In this document: positions 27,987 through 36,052 of the stretch, piece by piece
Numbering within the stretch: the first letter of the stretch is position 1
Layout of the letters: each line of letters begins with the position of its first letter
DNA from: Oligoflexia bacterium
GTDB lineage: Bacteria > Bdellovibrionota > UBA1018
Reading direction: 5' to 3'
Assembly (NCBI GenBank): GCA_023700925.1
Contig: JAMPXZ010000002.1
Span: 1 to 47,718, forward strand
Length of the DNA stretch: 47,718 nucleotides
The notes under the pieces: model-generated
Seen by the model: only the letters and a program-made list of their open reading frames with translations
Told to the model about the DNA's origin: nothing
The model's database searches: none
Program-made: the position numbers and the translations under genes

Positions 27987-29321
27987 ATGGGGATGACTGT
28001 TTCTAAATCCGGCCAAGATGGTTTCCGCCGTGTTGTCATCACTGGAATTGGAGCAGTCAGTCCCTTGGGCCTCTCGGCCCCGGAGACCTGGCGCAACGCC
28101 CTTGAAGGGCGTTCTGGCGCCGCCCCCATCGCTCTGTTCGACACCAAGGATTGCCCAGTCACCTTCGCCGCCGAGGTGAAGGGCTTTGATGTCACCCGTC
28201 AGGTCGGTCCCTTCCGGCCCAATCCCGCCACCCCGGATATCGTCACTCAGGCGGCCAACAGCAAAGAGGCCCGCCGCGTGGGCCGCTACGTCCACTTCGC
28301 GCTCGCCGCGGGGCTGGAAGCTTACGGTGACTCGGGCCTGGACACGCTTCGTGCCACGCTCGACCCCACCCGCGTCGGAGTGAATATCGGCGTCGGCATG
28401 GGCGGCCTTCCGGAGATCGCGGACGTCCACACCGAGCTGATGACCAAGGGTTATCGGCGAATCACCCCTTACTTCATTCCGCAGGTCATTCCGAACATGG
28501 CCGCGGGCCAGCTCAGCATCCTGCTCAATCTGCAGGGCCCGAACCTCTGCAACGTCACGGCCTGTTCCTCGAGCGCGCATTCACTCGGTGAATCCTTCAA
28601 GCAGATCCAGCGCGGCGACGCGGACATCATGTTCAGCGGCGGCGCCGAAGCGGTCATCTCGCCGCTCGGAATCGGCGGTTTTGCCGCGATGCGTGCGCTC
28701 TCATCCCGGAACGACGCCCCGGAAAAGGCCTCACGCCCCTTTGATGTCGGGCGCGATGGTTTCGTGATGGGTGAAGGCGCCGCGATCCTGGTCCTCGAGG
28801 AGTTCGAACATGCCCGCAGACGGGGCGCCAGGATTTATGGCGAGATCGTGGGCTACGGCCTCAGCGGCGACGCCTACCATATGACCTCCCCCGCGCCCGA
28901 AGGCGAAGGCGGCCGCCGCGCGATGGCGATGGCGCTCCGGGATGCCCGGCTCAATCCAGAGCAGATCGGCTATATCAACGCGCATGGAACGTCCACGCCC
29001 GCTGGCGACGTCGAGGAGGCCCGCGCGGTCGCTCGGCTCTTCCCCGATGGACGCCGCCACCTGCATATCAGCTCGACCAAGTCGATGATGGGACACCTCC
29101 TGGGTGCCGCTGGTGCGATCGAAGGCCTGCTGTCCATCCTAGCGATCCGCGAGGGTCGGATTCCGCCGACGATCAACCTGGACCAGCTGGATCCGGGCTG
29201 CGCGGAGCTGGGGCTCGACTTCACCGCCAACCGCACCGTGGAGAAGCCGCTTCAGTACGCGCTTTCGAACAGCTTCGGCTTCGGCGGGACCAACGCCAGC
29301 CTGGTCTTCGGCAGGGTCTGA
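27987..29321 (+). CDS. fabF: 3-oxoacyl-ACP synthase II
   Basis: RRVVITGIGAVSPLG, active-site Cys in TACSSSAHS, HGTSTPAGD, GHLLGAAG and SFGFGGTNASLVF. ATG 27993 is an alternative start. Confidence 0.95.
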   Translation: MGMTVSKSGQDGFRRVVITGIGAVSPLGLSAPETWRNALEGRSGAAPIALFDTKDCPVTFAAEVKGFDVTRQVGPFRPNPATPDIVTQAANSKEARRVGRYVHFALAAGLEAYGDSGLDTLRATLDPTRVGVNIGVGMGGLPEIADVHTELMTKGYRRITPYFIPQVIPNMAAGQLSILLNLQGPNLCNVTACSSSAHSLGESFKQIQRGDADIMFSGGAEAVISPLGIGGFAAMRALSSRNDAPEKASRPFDVGRDGFVMGEGAAILVLEEFEHARRRGARIYGEIVGYGLSGDAYHMTSPAPEGEGGRRAMAMALRDARLNPEQIGYINAHGTSTPAGDVEEARAVARLFPDGRRHLHISSTKSMMGHLLGAAGAIEGLLSILAIREGRIPPTINLDQLDPGCAELGLDFTANRTVEKPLQYALSNSFGFGGTNASLVFGRV

Positions 29322-29405
29322 GCCCTCGGCCTGGGGTCTACCCGAGACGCCGCGGCCGTGCTACCTTGACGGAACCGGACTCAATACGAAAGCGAGACTT
29401 GGAAG

Positions 29406-29873
29406 ATGACCCCATCACCGACACAGACTCGGCACGTGCTGATCGCCTCGGATCACGCCGGCATCGAACTCAAAGCCGCCATTCAGACCGCGCTTCCCGA
29501 GTGGCGATGGGAAGACCTCGGTCCCATCAACGGCGGCCGGGTGGATTATCCGGATTTCGCCGAAAAGCTGGCGACCCGCATCTCCAACGGCGAAGCGCAC
29601 CTCGGCATCCTGATCTGCGGGAGCGGCATCGGCATGAGCATCGCCGCGAACAAGATCAACGGCGTGCGCGCCGCGGTCGTGGAGAACCCGGTCTCGGCCC
29701 GGCTCTCGCGCGAGCACAACGACGCGAATGTGCTCTGCCTGGGCTCGCGCTTCATCGCGCCGGCTTACGGCGCGGAGATCGCCCGCGTCTGGCTTGAAAC
29801 GCCTTTCAGCAACGACGACCGCCATCGCGGCCGCCTGGATAAGATCCAGAAACTGGAAAAGAAGAGGACCTGA
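29406..29873 (+). CDS. rpiB: Ribose-5-phosphate isomerase B
   Basis: [25 protein letters not shown] and NDANVLCLG. Confidence 0.92.
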   Translation: MTPSPTQTRHVLIASDHAGIELKAAIQTALPEWRWEDLGPINGGRVDYPDFAEKLATRISNGEAHLGILICGSGIGMSIAANKINGVRAAVVENPVSARLSREHNDANVLCLGSRFIAPAYGAEIARVWLETPFSNDDRHRGRLDKIQKLEKKRT

Positions 29874-29875
29874 CG

Positions 29876-31183
29876 ATGACTTCCCATTCCCAAAAGGATT
29901 TCCTGCGTGATCTTCAAACCGCTGATCCGGAGATCTTCGCGACCATCGGGCGCGAGCACGTGCGCGAGGAGACCGGTCTGGAGCTCATTGCTTCGGAAAA
30001 CTACGTCAGCCGCGCGGTCCTCGAGGCGCAGGGTTCGATCCTGAACAACAAGTACGCCGAAGGTTATCCGGCCAAGCGCTACTACGGCGGCTGTGAGTTC
30101 GTCGATCAGGCGGAGACCGCGGCCATCGAACGCGTCTGCCGGATCTTCCAGGCGCCGGCCGCGAACGTGCAGCCGCACTCGGGCTCGCAGGCCAACATGG
30201 CGGCCTACCTGGCGCTCCTGAATCCGGGCGACACGATGCTCGGCATGAGCCTCTCTCACGGCGGCCATCTCACCCACGGCAGCCCCGTGAACTTCAGCGG
30301 AAGACTCTTCCGCGTCGTGAGCTACGGGCTGCACCCCGAAACGCACCGTCTCGACTACAATGAGATCCGCGCGCTGGCCTTGCGCGAGAAGCCCAAGGTC
30401 ATCATGGCCGGAGCCAGCGCCTATCCGCGCGTCATCGACTTCGAGACGATGGCCCAGATCGCGCGCGAGGTGAAAGCACACCTCGTCGTCGACATGGCCC
30501 ACATCGCGGGTCTCGTCGCGGCCGGCCTGCATCCCTCCCCGATTCCCCATGCGACGTACGTGACCTCGACGACGCACAAGACGCTGCGCGGACCACGCGG
30601 CGGCCTCATCGTCGTCGGCAACGGCGCGGCCCCGGGCGAGACGCTCCAGACCGCTGCCGACCGGCTCAAGGCGGTCAACTCCCAGGTTTTCCCCGGCATC
30701 CAGGGCGGACCGCTCATGCACGTGATCGCCGCCAAGGCCGTTTCCTTCGGCGAAGCGCTCACCCCCGCTTTCAAGGAATATCAGAAACACGTGATCGAGA
30801 ACGCGCGAACCCTGGCCGAGACGCTCATGGGCCTCGGCTTCAAGCTGGTGACCGACGGGACGGACAACCACCTGATGCTCGTGGATCTGACCCAGACGCT
30901 CGACGGCTCGATCTCGGGCAAGGAAGCGGAAGGCTGGCTCGACCAGGCCGGAATCACCGTGAACAAGAACACCATCCCCACCGAGAAGCGCAGTCCGTTC
31001 GTGACGAGCGGCATCCGAATCGGCGTCCCGGCGATCACCACTCGCGGCATGGGCGCGGGCGAGATGAAGCAGATCGGCGGCTGGATCCAGCGCGTCTTGC
31101 AAAGCAAGGGCGACGCGACTGTTCTCGGCCGCATCCGTGGCGAGGTGCGCGAGCTTTGCGGGAAATTCCCGCTGTACGGCTGA
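29876..31183 (+). CDS. glyA: Serine hydroxymethyltransferase
   Basis: [24 protein letters not shown], and [14 protein letters not shown] (PLP lysine). Confidence 0.97.
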   Translation: MTSHSQKDFLRDLQTADPEIFATIGREHVREETGLELIASENYVSRAVLEAQGSILNNKYAEGYPAKRYYGGCEFVDQAETAAIERVCRIFQAPAANVQPHSGSQANMAAYLALLNPGDTMLGMSLSHGGHLTHGSPVNFSGRLFRVVSYGLHPETHRLDYNEIRALALREKPKVIMAGASAYPRVIDFETMAQIAREVKAHLVVDMAHIAGLVAAGLHPSPIPHATYVTSTTHKTLRGPRGGLIVVGNGAAPGETLQTAADRLKAVNSQVFPGIQGGPLMHVIAAKAVSFGEALTPAFKEYQKHVIENARTLAETLMGLGFKLVTDGTDNHLMLVDLTQTLDGSISGKEAEGWLDQAGITVNKNTIPTEKRSPFVTSGIRIGVPAITTRGMGAGEMKQIGGWIQRVLQSKGDATVLGRIRGEVRELCGKFPLYG

Positions 31184-31272
31184 ACGGCGTCAGCTGAGCC
31201 AGCAGGTCCCCGGGGCGAGCCGCTGCATTTCGCTCTTGAAACCGTTGCGATCTGCAAGCATACACTTCCTGG

Positions 31273-32550
31273 GTGGATACATTCAAAAGCCGCATCGAGC
31301 AGCTGGAAGCGGAGCTGAGGGAGCACTCCCTTCGGGAGGCCCGTCTTCTTTCCGTTATCGAGAAGATCAACTCAGGCCTGTCCCTGGACGAGGTGCTGGA
31401 GCATGTTTTCAGCTCCTTTCACGGGCTGATTCCCTTTGACCGCATCGGGGTTGCCCTCATCGACGAAAAGGCCGGCACGGTCCACGCCCATTGGGCCAAA
31501 TCGCGAGGCATTGAGCTGAAGATGTCCCGTGGCTACTCGGCCCCGCTCGCCGGAAGCAGCCTGCAGCAGGTCCTCGAAACCGGTGAGCCGCGCGTGCTCA
31601 ACGACCTTGAGGAGTACCTCCGCGAGCATCCCGCCTCGCATTCCACCCGCCTCATCGTTGAAGAAGGGCTCAGATCCAGCCTGACCTGTCCGCTCTTCGC
31701 CATGGATCGGCCGGTGGGCTTCATCTTCTTTTCAAGTTCCCGAAAGAACGCCTACTCCTGCAATCACACGGAGATCTTCCAGCAGCTTTCGGGCACCCTC
31801 TCGGGCGCGATTGAAAGAGGGCGGCTCTACCAGGAGCTCTACGAGGCCAAGCTCCTTCGCGAGCGTCTCTCCCGGATCATCTCCCACGAGCTCAAGAACG
31901 CCCTCTGGGTCATCCAGACGGGGGTCGCGGTCCTCAAGCGCTTCGCCGAGGGCCTGCTCCCTGCCAAGCGTGCCCAGGTCCTCAGCTCGATGTCCAACGG
32001 CTGCGAGACGATGAACCGCCTGATCGACGATCTGGTCGAGTTTGACCTGGCTTGCGCCGGCCGCCTGACGATCTCCCCGAAGAGCGTCGATCTGCGAGAA
32101 CTCCTGGACCAGGCCGCCCATTCGGGCCAGCTCCTGGCCAAACGCAAGAACATCGAGCTCAAGGTCGACGTGCCGGGTTCCCTGCCCAAGGTCGAGCTCG
32201 ATCCGCTGCGAATCGGACAGGTCCTGAGTAACCTCCTCAGCAACGCGGCGAAGTTCTCCACGCCCGGCAGCTTCGTGTGCCTCTCGGCCGAGCCCGACGG
32301 CAGCACCGTTCGCATCGCGGTTTCGGATAACGGGCCGGGAATCCCGGCTGCGGAGGTCCCCAAGCTTTTTCAGGAGTTCGGCAAGACCTCGATCCGACCC
32401 ACCGGCGGCGAGCGCAGCACGGGCCTGGGGCTTCTGGTATCGCGACACCTCGTCGAGGCCCATCACGGCACCATCGGCGTGGAGACGGCTCCGGGCCGCG
32501 GGACCAAGGTCACCGTCGTGCTTCCGCTTCGGCAGGCTGAGGCGGGATAA
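31273..32550 (+). CDS. Soluble GAF-domain sensor histidine kinase
   Basis: GTG start. Coiled-coil N-terminus. GAF-like region (LSLDEVLEHVF...FDRIGVALID...RPVGFIFFSS). H-box IISHELKNAL. N box NLLSNAAKFS. DNGPGIP and GLGLLVSRHLVEAHHG. Confidence 0.88.
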   Translation: MDTFKSRIEQLEAELREHSLREARLLSVIEKINSGLSLDEVLEHVFSSFHGLIPFDRIGVALIDEKAGTVHAHWAKSRGIELKMSRGYSAPLAGSSLQQVLETGEPRVLNDLEEYLREHPASHSTRLIVEEGLRSSLTCPLFAMDRPVGFIFFSSSRKNAYSCNHTEIFQQLSGTLSGAIERGRLYQELYEAKLLRERLSRIISHELKNALWVIQTGVAVLKRFAEGLLPAKRAQVLSSMSNGCETMNRLIDDLVEFDLACAGRLTISPKSVDLRELLDQAAHSGQLLAKRKNIELKVDVPGSLPKVELDPLRIGQVLSNLLSNAAKFSTPGSFVCLSAEPDGSTVRIAVSDNGPGIPAAEVPKLFQEFGKTSIRPTGGERSTGLGLLVSRHLVEAHHGTIGVETAPGRGTKVTVVLPLRQAEAG

Positions 32551-32586
32551 ATTATAAGACTTTAAGGAGCTAGAGGAAACTTAACA

Positions 32587-32651
32587 GGCTCTCCGTGGGG
32601 CACGGCCCATCCATGGGCCTATTGGGCCTTCCTGGCAAACCCCACAGAGCC
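32587..32651 (+). other. 65-nt nested-hairpin element between the GAF kinase gene and nrdR
   Basis: The outer stem pairs ggctct-(cc)-gtgggg (32587-32600) with ccccac-agagcc (32640-32651), giving 12 bp with a 2-nt bulge. It encloses ggccca(t)/(a)tgggcc and a second tgggcc that could pair alternatively. Confidence 0.35.
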
Positions 32652-32743
32652 CACTAAGTTTCCCCCAGCTCCCAGCGTCTATTACCGCGAGCGACCAGTA
32701 GACAAGGTTGAAGGCCCGAGCGAGATCGGCTACAAGCAGTGCT

Positions 32744-33259
32744 GTGAAATGCCCATTCTGCTCCACGATCGATACGAAGGTCATCGACTCCCGGATGAAC
32801 CAGCAGGGAGACATGATCCGGCGGCGGCGCGCCTGCCCGCGCTGCGAAGGCCGCTTCACGACCTATGAGCGCGTCGAAGAGGTGATGCCGGTCGTGATCA
32901 AGAAGGACGGCCGCCGCGAGGACTACAACCGCGCGAAGATCCTCGACGGGATCCAGAAGGCCTGCCAAAAGCGCTCGGTCCCCATGCAGAAAATCGAAGA
33001 GGCCATCAACTCGATCGAGAAGAAGATCCAGTCCTACGGCCTCAAGGAGATCCCGACCCGGACGATCGGCCAGATGGTCATGGCGCATCTTCAGGTGCTG
33101 GACAAGGTCGCCTATGTCCGCTTCGCCTCGGTTTACCGCGAGTTCCGGGATGTCGAGGAGTTCGTCGCCGAGCTTCAGGGCTCGCCCAACTCCGACTCCG
33201 ATCCCACGCTTCTTGAGTTCCCGTTCGTCCAACCCACCCAAAGTGAAAGCAAAACATGA
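32744..33259 (+). CDS. nrdR: Transcriptional repressor NrdR
   Basis: GTG 32744 gives the canonical MKCPFC...CPRCEGRFTTYE zinc ribbon, followed by an ATP-cone (VIKKDGRREDYNRAKI...). The upstream part of track ORF 32708 is not needed. Confidence 0.93.
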   Translation: MKCPFCSTIDTKVIDSRMNQQGDMIRRRRACPRCEGRFTTYERVEEVMPVVIKKDGRREDYNRAKILDGIQKACQKRSVPMQKIEEAINSIEKKIQSYGLKEIPTRTIGQMVMAHLQVLDKVAYVRFASVYREFRDVEEFVAELQGSPNSDSDPTLLEFPFVQPTQSESKT

Positions 33260-33702
33260 AATCCCGGCACAAAGCGCGCGAAGTCGCGCTGCAGATTCTT
33301 TATCGCTACGACGCGGCGGCCAGCTCGCCCGGTTTCCGGCCGCCCGCGGCCGCGGAGCTGGCGCGTGAGCTCCAGGGCCACTTCGCGCATTTTCAGACTC
33401 CGGAAGGTCTGCGCGAGTACGCCGCCCAGCTGGTCGCTGGCGCGATGACCCACGCCGCCGAGCTCGACCAGCTCCTCGAGAAGCACGCCTCGAACTGGAA
33501 GGTCTCGCGCATGGCGGTCATTGACCGCAGCCTGCTTCGGATGGCGGCTTACGAGCTCATTCACCTGACGCCCGACGTTCCGGCCACGGTCGTGATCGAC
33601 GAAGCCGTGGAGCTGGCCAAGGAGTTCGGCAGCGCCGAGACCCCTGCCTTCGTCAACGGCATCCTGGACGCGCTTCGAAAGGCCGGCCAGCCGACAGCGT
33701 AA
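33256..33702 (+). CDS. nusB: Transcription antitermination factor NusB
   Basis: RHKAREVALQILY, LLRMAAYEL, IDEAVELAK and FVNGILD. The ATG overlaps the nrdR stop (ATGA). Confidence 0.93.
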   Translation: MKSRHKAREVALQILYRYDAAASSPGFRPPAAAELARELQGHFAHFQTPEGLREYAAQLVAGAMTHAAELDQLLEKHASNWKVSRMAVIDRSLLRMAAYELIHLTPDVPATVVIDEAVELAKEFGSAETPAFVNGILDALRKAGQPTA

Positions 33703-33823
33703 AGCCGTGCTTCGCGCCAACGGCTTCATCGCCCCGGCCGGAGCCGGCACTAATTGCCGAGCTTCCCGTCGCCCGGCGCGCCCGCTCTTGCGACCGTCCA
33801 CGGTTCCCGGTTAAACTGGTCAA

Positions 33824-34264
33824 GTGAGGGCGGCCCCAAAACATCTCATCGACGGTTCGGCCGATCAGGCTCTTTTTGGAGGCGAGCTCCAGGGGCTGAT
33901 CGTGACTTTCCATCAGAACGAGCGCCCGCTCCAGGGACTCGCCGGTTTGATGGACTGGCGTTTCCACGGAGCGATCTCACGCTGCCTGCGAAGCGGCGCC
34001 ATCTCGGGAAAAGCCGGCGAATGCGCCTACTTCCCTTTCACCAGGAACGGCCGCACCTATCACCTTCTCCTGGCCGGCGCCGGCGCCACGAATGCCCCGG
34101 GCCAACGCCATCTGCCCCCTGATGAGACCATTCAAGCGCTCAAGCGCAATCTGGTATCCCTGAAGCTCGACCGACTCGGGATCTCGCGACACGACTTCGG
34201 CGACGCCTCCGAGGATTTCATCGCCAAGCAGTTCAAAGAGGTGCAGTTATGGATGGCGGAATGA
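33824..34264 (+). CDS. Hypothetical protein (faint resemblance to the N-terminal domain of M17 leucyl aminopeptidases)
   Basis: GTG start, 146 aa. LAGLMDWRFHGAISRCLRSGAISGKAGECAYFPF recalls M17-N-like small proteins of delta-type bacteria. This is a tentative call. Confidence 0.55.
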   Translation: MRAAPKHLIDGSADQALFGGELQGLIVTFHQNERPLQGLAGLMDWRFHGAISRCLRSGAISGKAGECAYFPFTRNGRTYHLLLAGAGATNAPGQRHLPPDETIQALKRNLVSLKLDRLGISRHDFGDASEDFIAKQFKEVQLWMAE

Positions 34265-34779
34265 AGAAGAACCCGGCGCTCGCCGCGCTCGCTCACTCGC
34301 TTCTTTCACGCTCCAAGTCGCTCGAACAGGAGCTCGCATCGAACACGCGAAGCATGCAGGAAAGCCTTCAGCTTCTGGGCTCGCTGGCGTCGGTGGCCCA
34401 GCAGAGCCTTCGGCCGCTGACAGCCGCGGCCCCCAACGCTGTTTCGGCCGCGTCCCCTGGCGCCGCGTCCGCGCAGGGCCTCGCGGGCACGACGCCGCAG
34501 AGCCGCGCAACCGCTCAAACGGCGCCTTCCGCGCCGCGCCCGACCCCCGTCACCGCGCACGCCGAATACAAGCCCGCACTCAAGGACCAGAGCGTGATCG
34601 ATGCGCTCCTGGAATTTCACCGCAGCGCGATCGAAAGGCCGGCCCGGCCGCTCTCCTCCTTCGCGCCGCCCCTGGTGCCTGAAGTGGAGGCCAAGCCCAA
34701 GCAGACTCCCTCCTTCCGCAAAGGCCCCGGCGTGAGCTACCCGATCCTGCGCCCGACCAAGCCAGGCCAGGACCGATGA
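34261..34779 (+). CDS. Hypothetical protein, coiled-coil N-terminus plus Ala/Pro-rich centre
   Basis: ATG 34261 overlaps the previous stop (ATGA); the track ORF begins at 34249. MKKNPALAALAHSLLSRSKSLEQELASN.... Confidence 0.55.
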   Translation: MKKNPALAALAHSLLSRSKSLEQELASNTRSMQESLQLLGSLASVAQQSLRPLTAAAPNAVSAASPGAASAQGLAGTTPQSRATAQTAPSAPRPTPVTAHAEYKPALKDQSVIDALLEFHRSAIERPARPLSSFAPPLVPEVEAKPKQTPSFRKGPGVSYPILRPTKPGQDR

Positions 34780-35492
34780 TGACTGCTGACGATTCGGCAA
34801 AGGCCCCGAAATCCGAAGACTGGGTGGAGCGCAACGCGCACCTTTGGAGGCAGCTCAACGAGACGCCGGGCCCGGCCACGAACTTGCTGAAGCTCGGGAT
34901 CCTGCGCGAAATCCATCGCACCGTGCACGCGCAGAAGTCGGGATCGCTCGCCAAAGGCCGGCGTGACGAGGCCCGACGCCTCGGCGAAATCGAGACCCGC
35001 GTCGAGGCGCTGCGCCAGCAGGCCAAGCTCGACGGCGAACTCGCCGAGCTGATCGGTCGGCCGCCCGCGGGCAAGAAGCGCACGCGCGTGCTGCCGGACT
35101 CGCTTTTTAACTTCATCGAGAAGGAAAAACTCGAGCGCTACGACCGACACTGGGAAGCAGCGCTCGCGGCCGAAGCCTGCGCGGCGGGCTGGCGTTTCTG
35201 GATCCTGGACGCCTGGGTACAGATTCCGCTCATCGAGCACTGGAGCGCGACCCTTTCGGAACAGCTCTGGCCACATGGCGTGCTGCTTTTCGTCGAAAGC
35301 GCGGGCTTCCTCGAAAGCCGCACCGACAACCCGGACGACGCGCTCTGGCATGGCCAATGGCTGGCCATTGTCGATCCCCGCTACGCCGATCCGCGGGATG
35401 TCACGCGCGGCATGGATCAATGGGCCGGCAGCACCGTCGCCGCTCCCTCGCCTCCTCACTGGAAGGCGCTCTACACGCCCAAGAGACTCTGA
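34776..35492 (+). CDS. Hypothetical protein
   Basis: The ATG overlaps the previous stop (ATGA at 34776-34779). 238 aa, Trp-rich, with no recognisable motif and typical GC3-rich codon usage. Confidence 0.6.
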   Translation: MMTADDSAKAPKSEDWVERNAHLWRQLNETPGPATNLLKLGILREIHRTVHAQKSGSLAKGRRDEARRLGEIETRVEALRQQAKLDGELAELIGRPPAGKKRTRVLPDSLFNFIEKEKLERYDRHWEAALAAEACAAGWRFWILDAWVQIPLIEHWSATLSEQLWPHGVLLFVESAGFLESRTDNPDDALWHGQWLAIVDPRYADPRDVTRGMDQWAGSTVAAPSPPHWKALYTPKRL

Positions 35493-35506
35493 AGGACACT
35501 GCGACG

Positions 35507-36031
35507 ATGCGGATCGTGGATTTTCTTTGCCAGCTTCTCGAGGCGCATGCCGAAACGCTCCGGCGGCTGGCCGCGCTGCTCGGAGAGGAGGCGCTCCTGG
35601 AGCTTCTCGAAAACGCGGGCGATACCGAGCAAGCCGTCCCCGAGCGGGGCGATGCCTTCATCGAGCGCACGGCGTCGCGGCTGCTCGCCCCTCAGCGCTC
35701 GGGAGGCTCGGCCTACCAGCAGCTCGAGGGCGCGGTTCACGAGTTCGGCCTTCCAGCCGTGCTCGAATTCCATCTTTGGGCCTACCCCCATTACCGCGCG
35801 TTCATCGAAAGCCCGATCGACCTGGAATCGCGTATCCCGGGGCCCGGTGGCGACACCGGCACGGCGCTCGTCGAGGAGGCCGTGGCGCAGGCCCAGGCCT
35901 GGGTCCGGCACCTTCCCCTGCCCTCGCAGCTCGGACTGCAGGCGGAGCGGGCGGCGCACGTACCGTGGCTGCGTTTCCGGACGAATGTCTTGAAACGGAT
36001 CGGTCGGCGGCCGATGGGGCCGGTGTACTGA
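35507..36031 (+). CDS. Hypothetical protein
   Basis: ATG 35507 lies 15 nt after the previous stop; the part of the track ORF from 35357 overlaps the upstream gene. 174 aa with no recognisable motif. Confidence 0.55.
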   Translation: MRIVDFLCQLLEAHAETLRRLAALLGEEALLELLENAGDTEQAVPERGDAFIERTASRLLAPQRSGGSAYQQLEGAVHEFGLPAVLEFHLWAYPHYRAFIESPIDLESRIPGPGGDTGTALVEEAVAQAQAWVRHLPLPSQLGLQAERAAHVPWLRFRTNVLKRIGRRPMGPVY

Positions 36032-36033
36032 GC

Positions 36034-36052
36034 CTAGTACCGCGGCAACTAG
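36034..36052. repeat. 19-nt quasi-palindromic element, copy 1 (CTAGTACCGCGGCAACTAG)
   Basis: Fills the 17-nt gap between convergent stops (TGA 36029-36031 and polA CTA 36049-36051). The arms CTAGT/ACTAG flank a central CCGCGG. The reverse complement recurs at 41899-41917 (18/19 identical). Confidence 0.8.
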
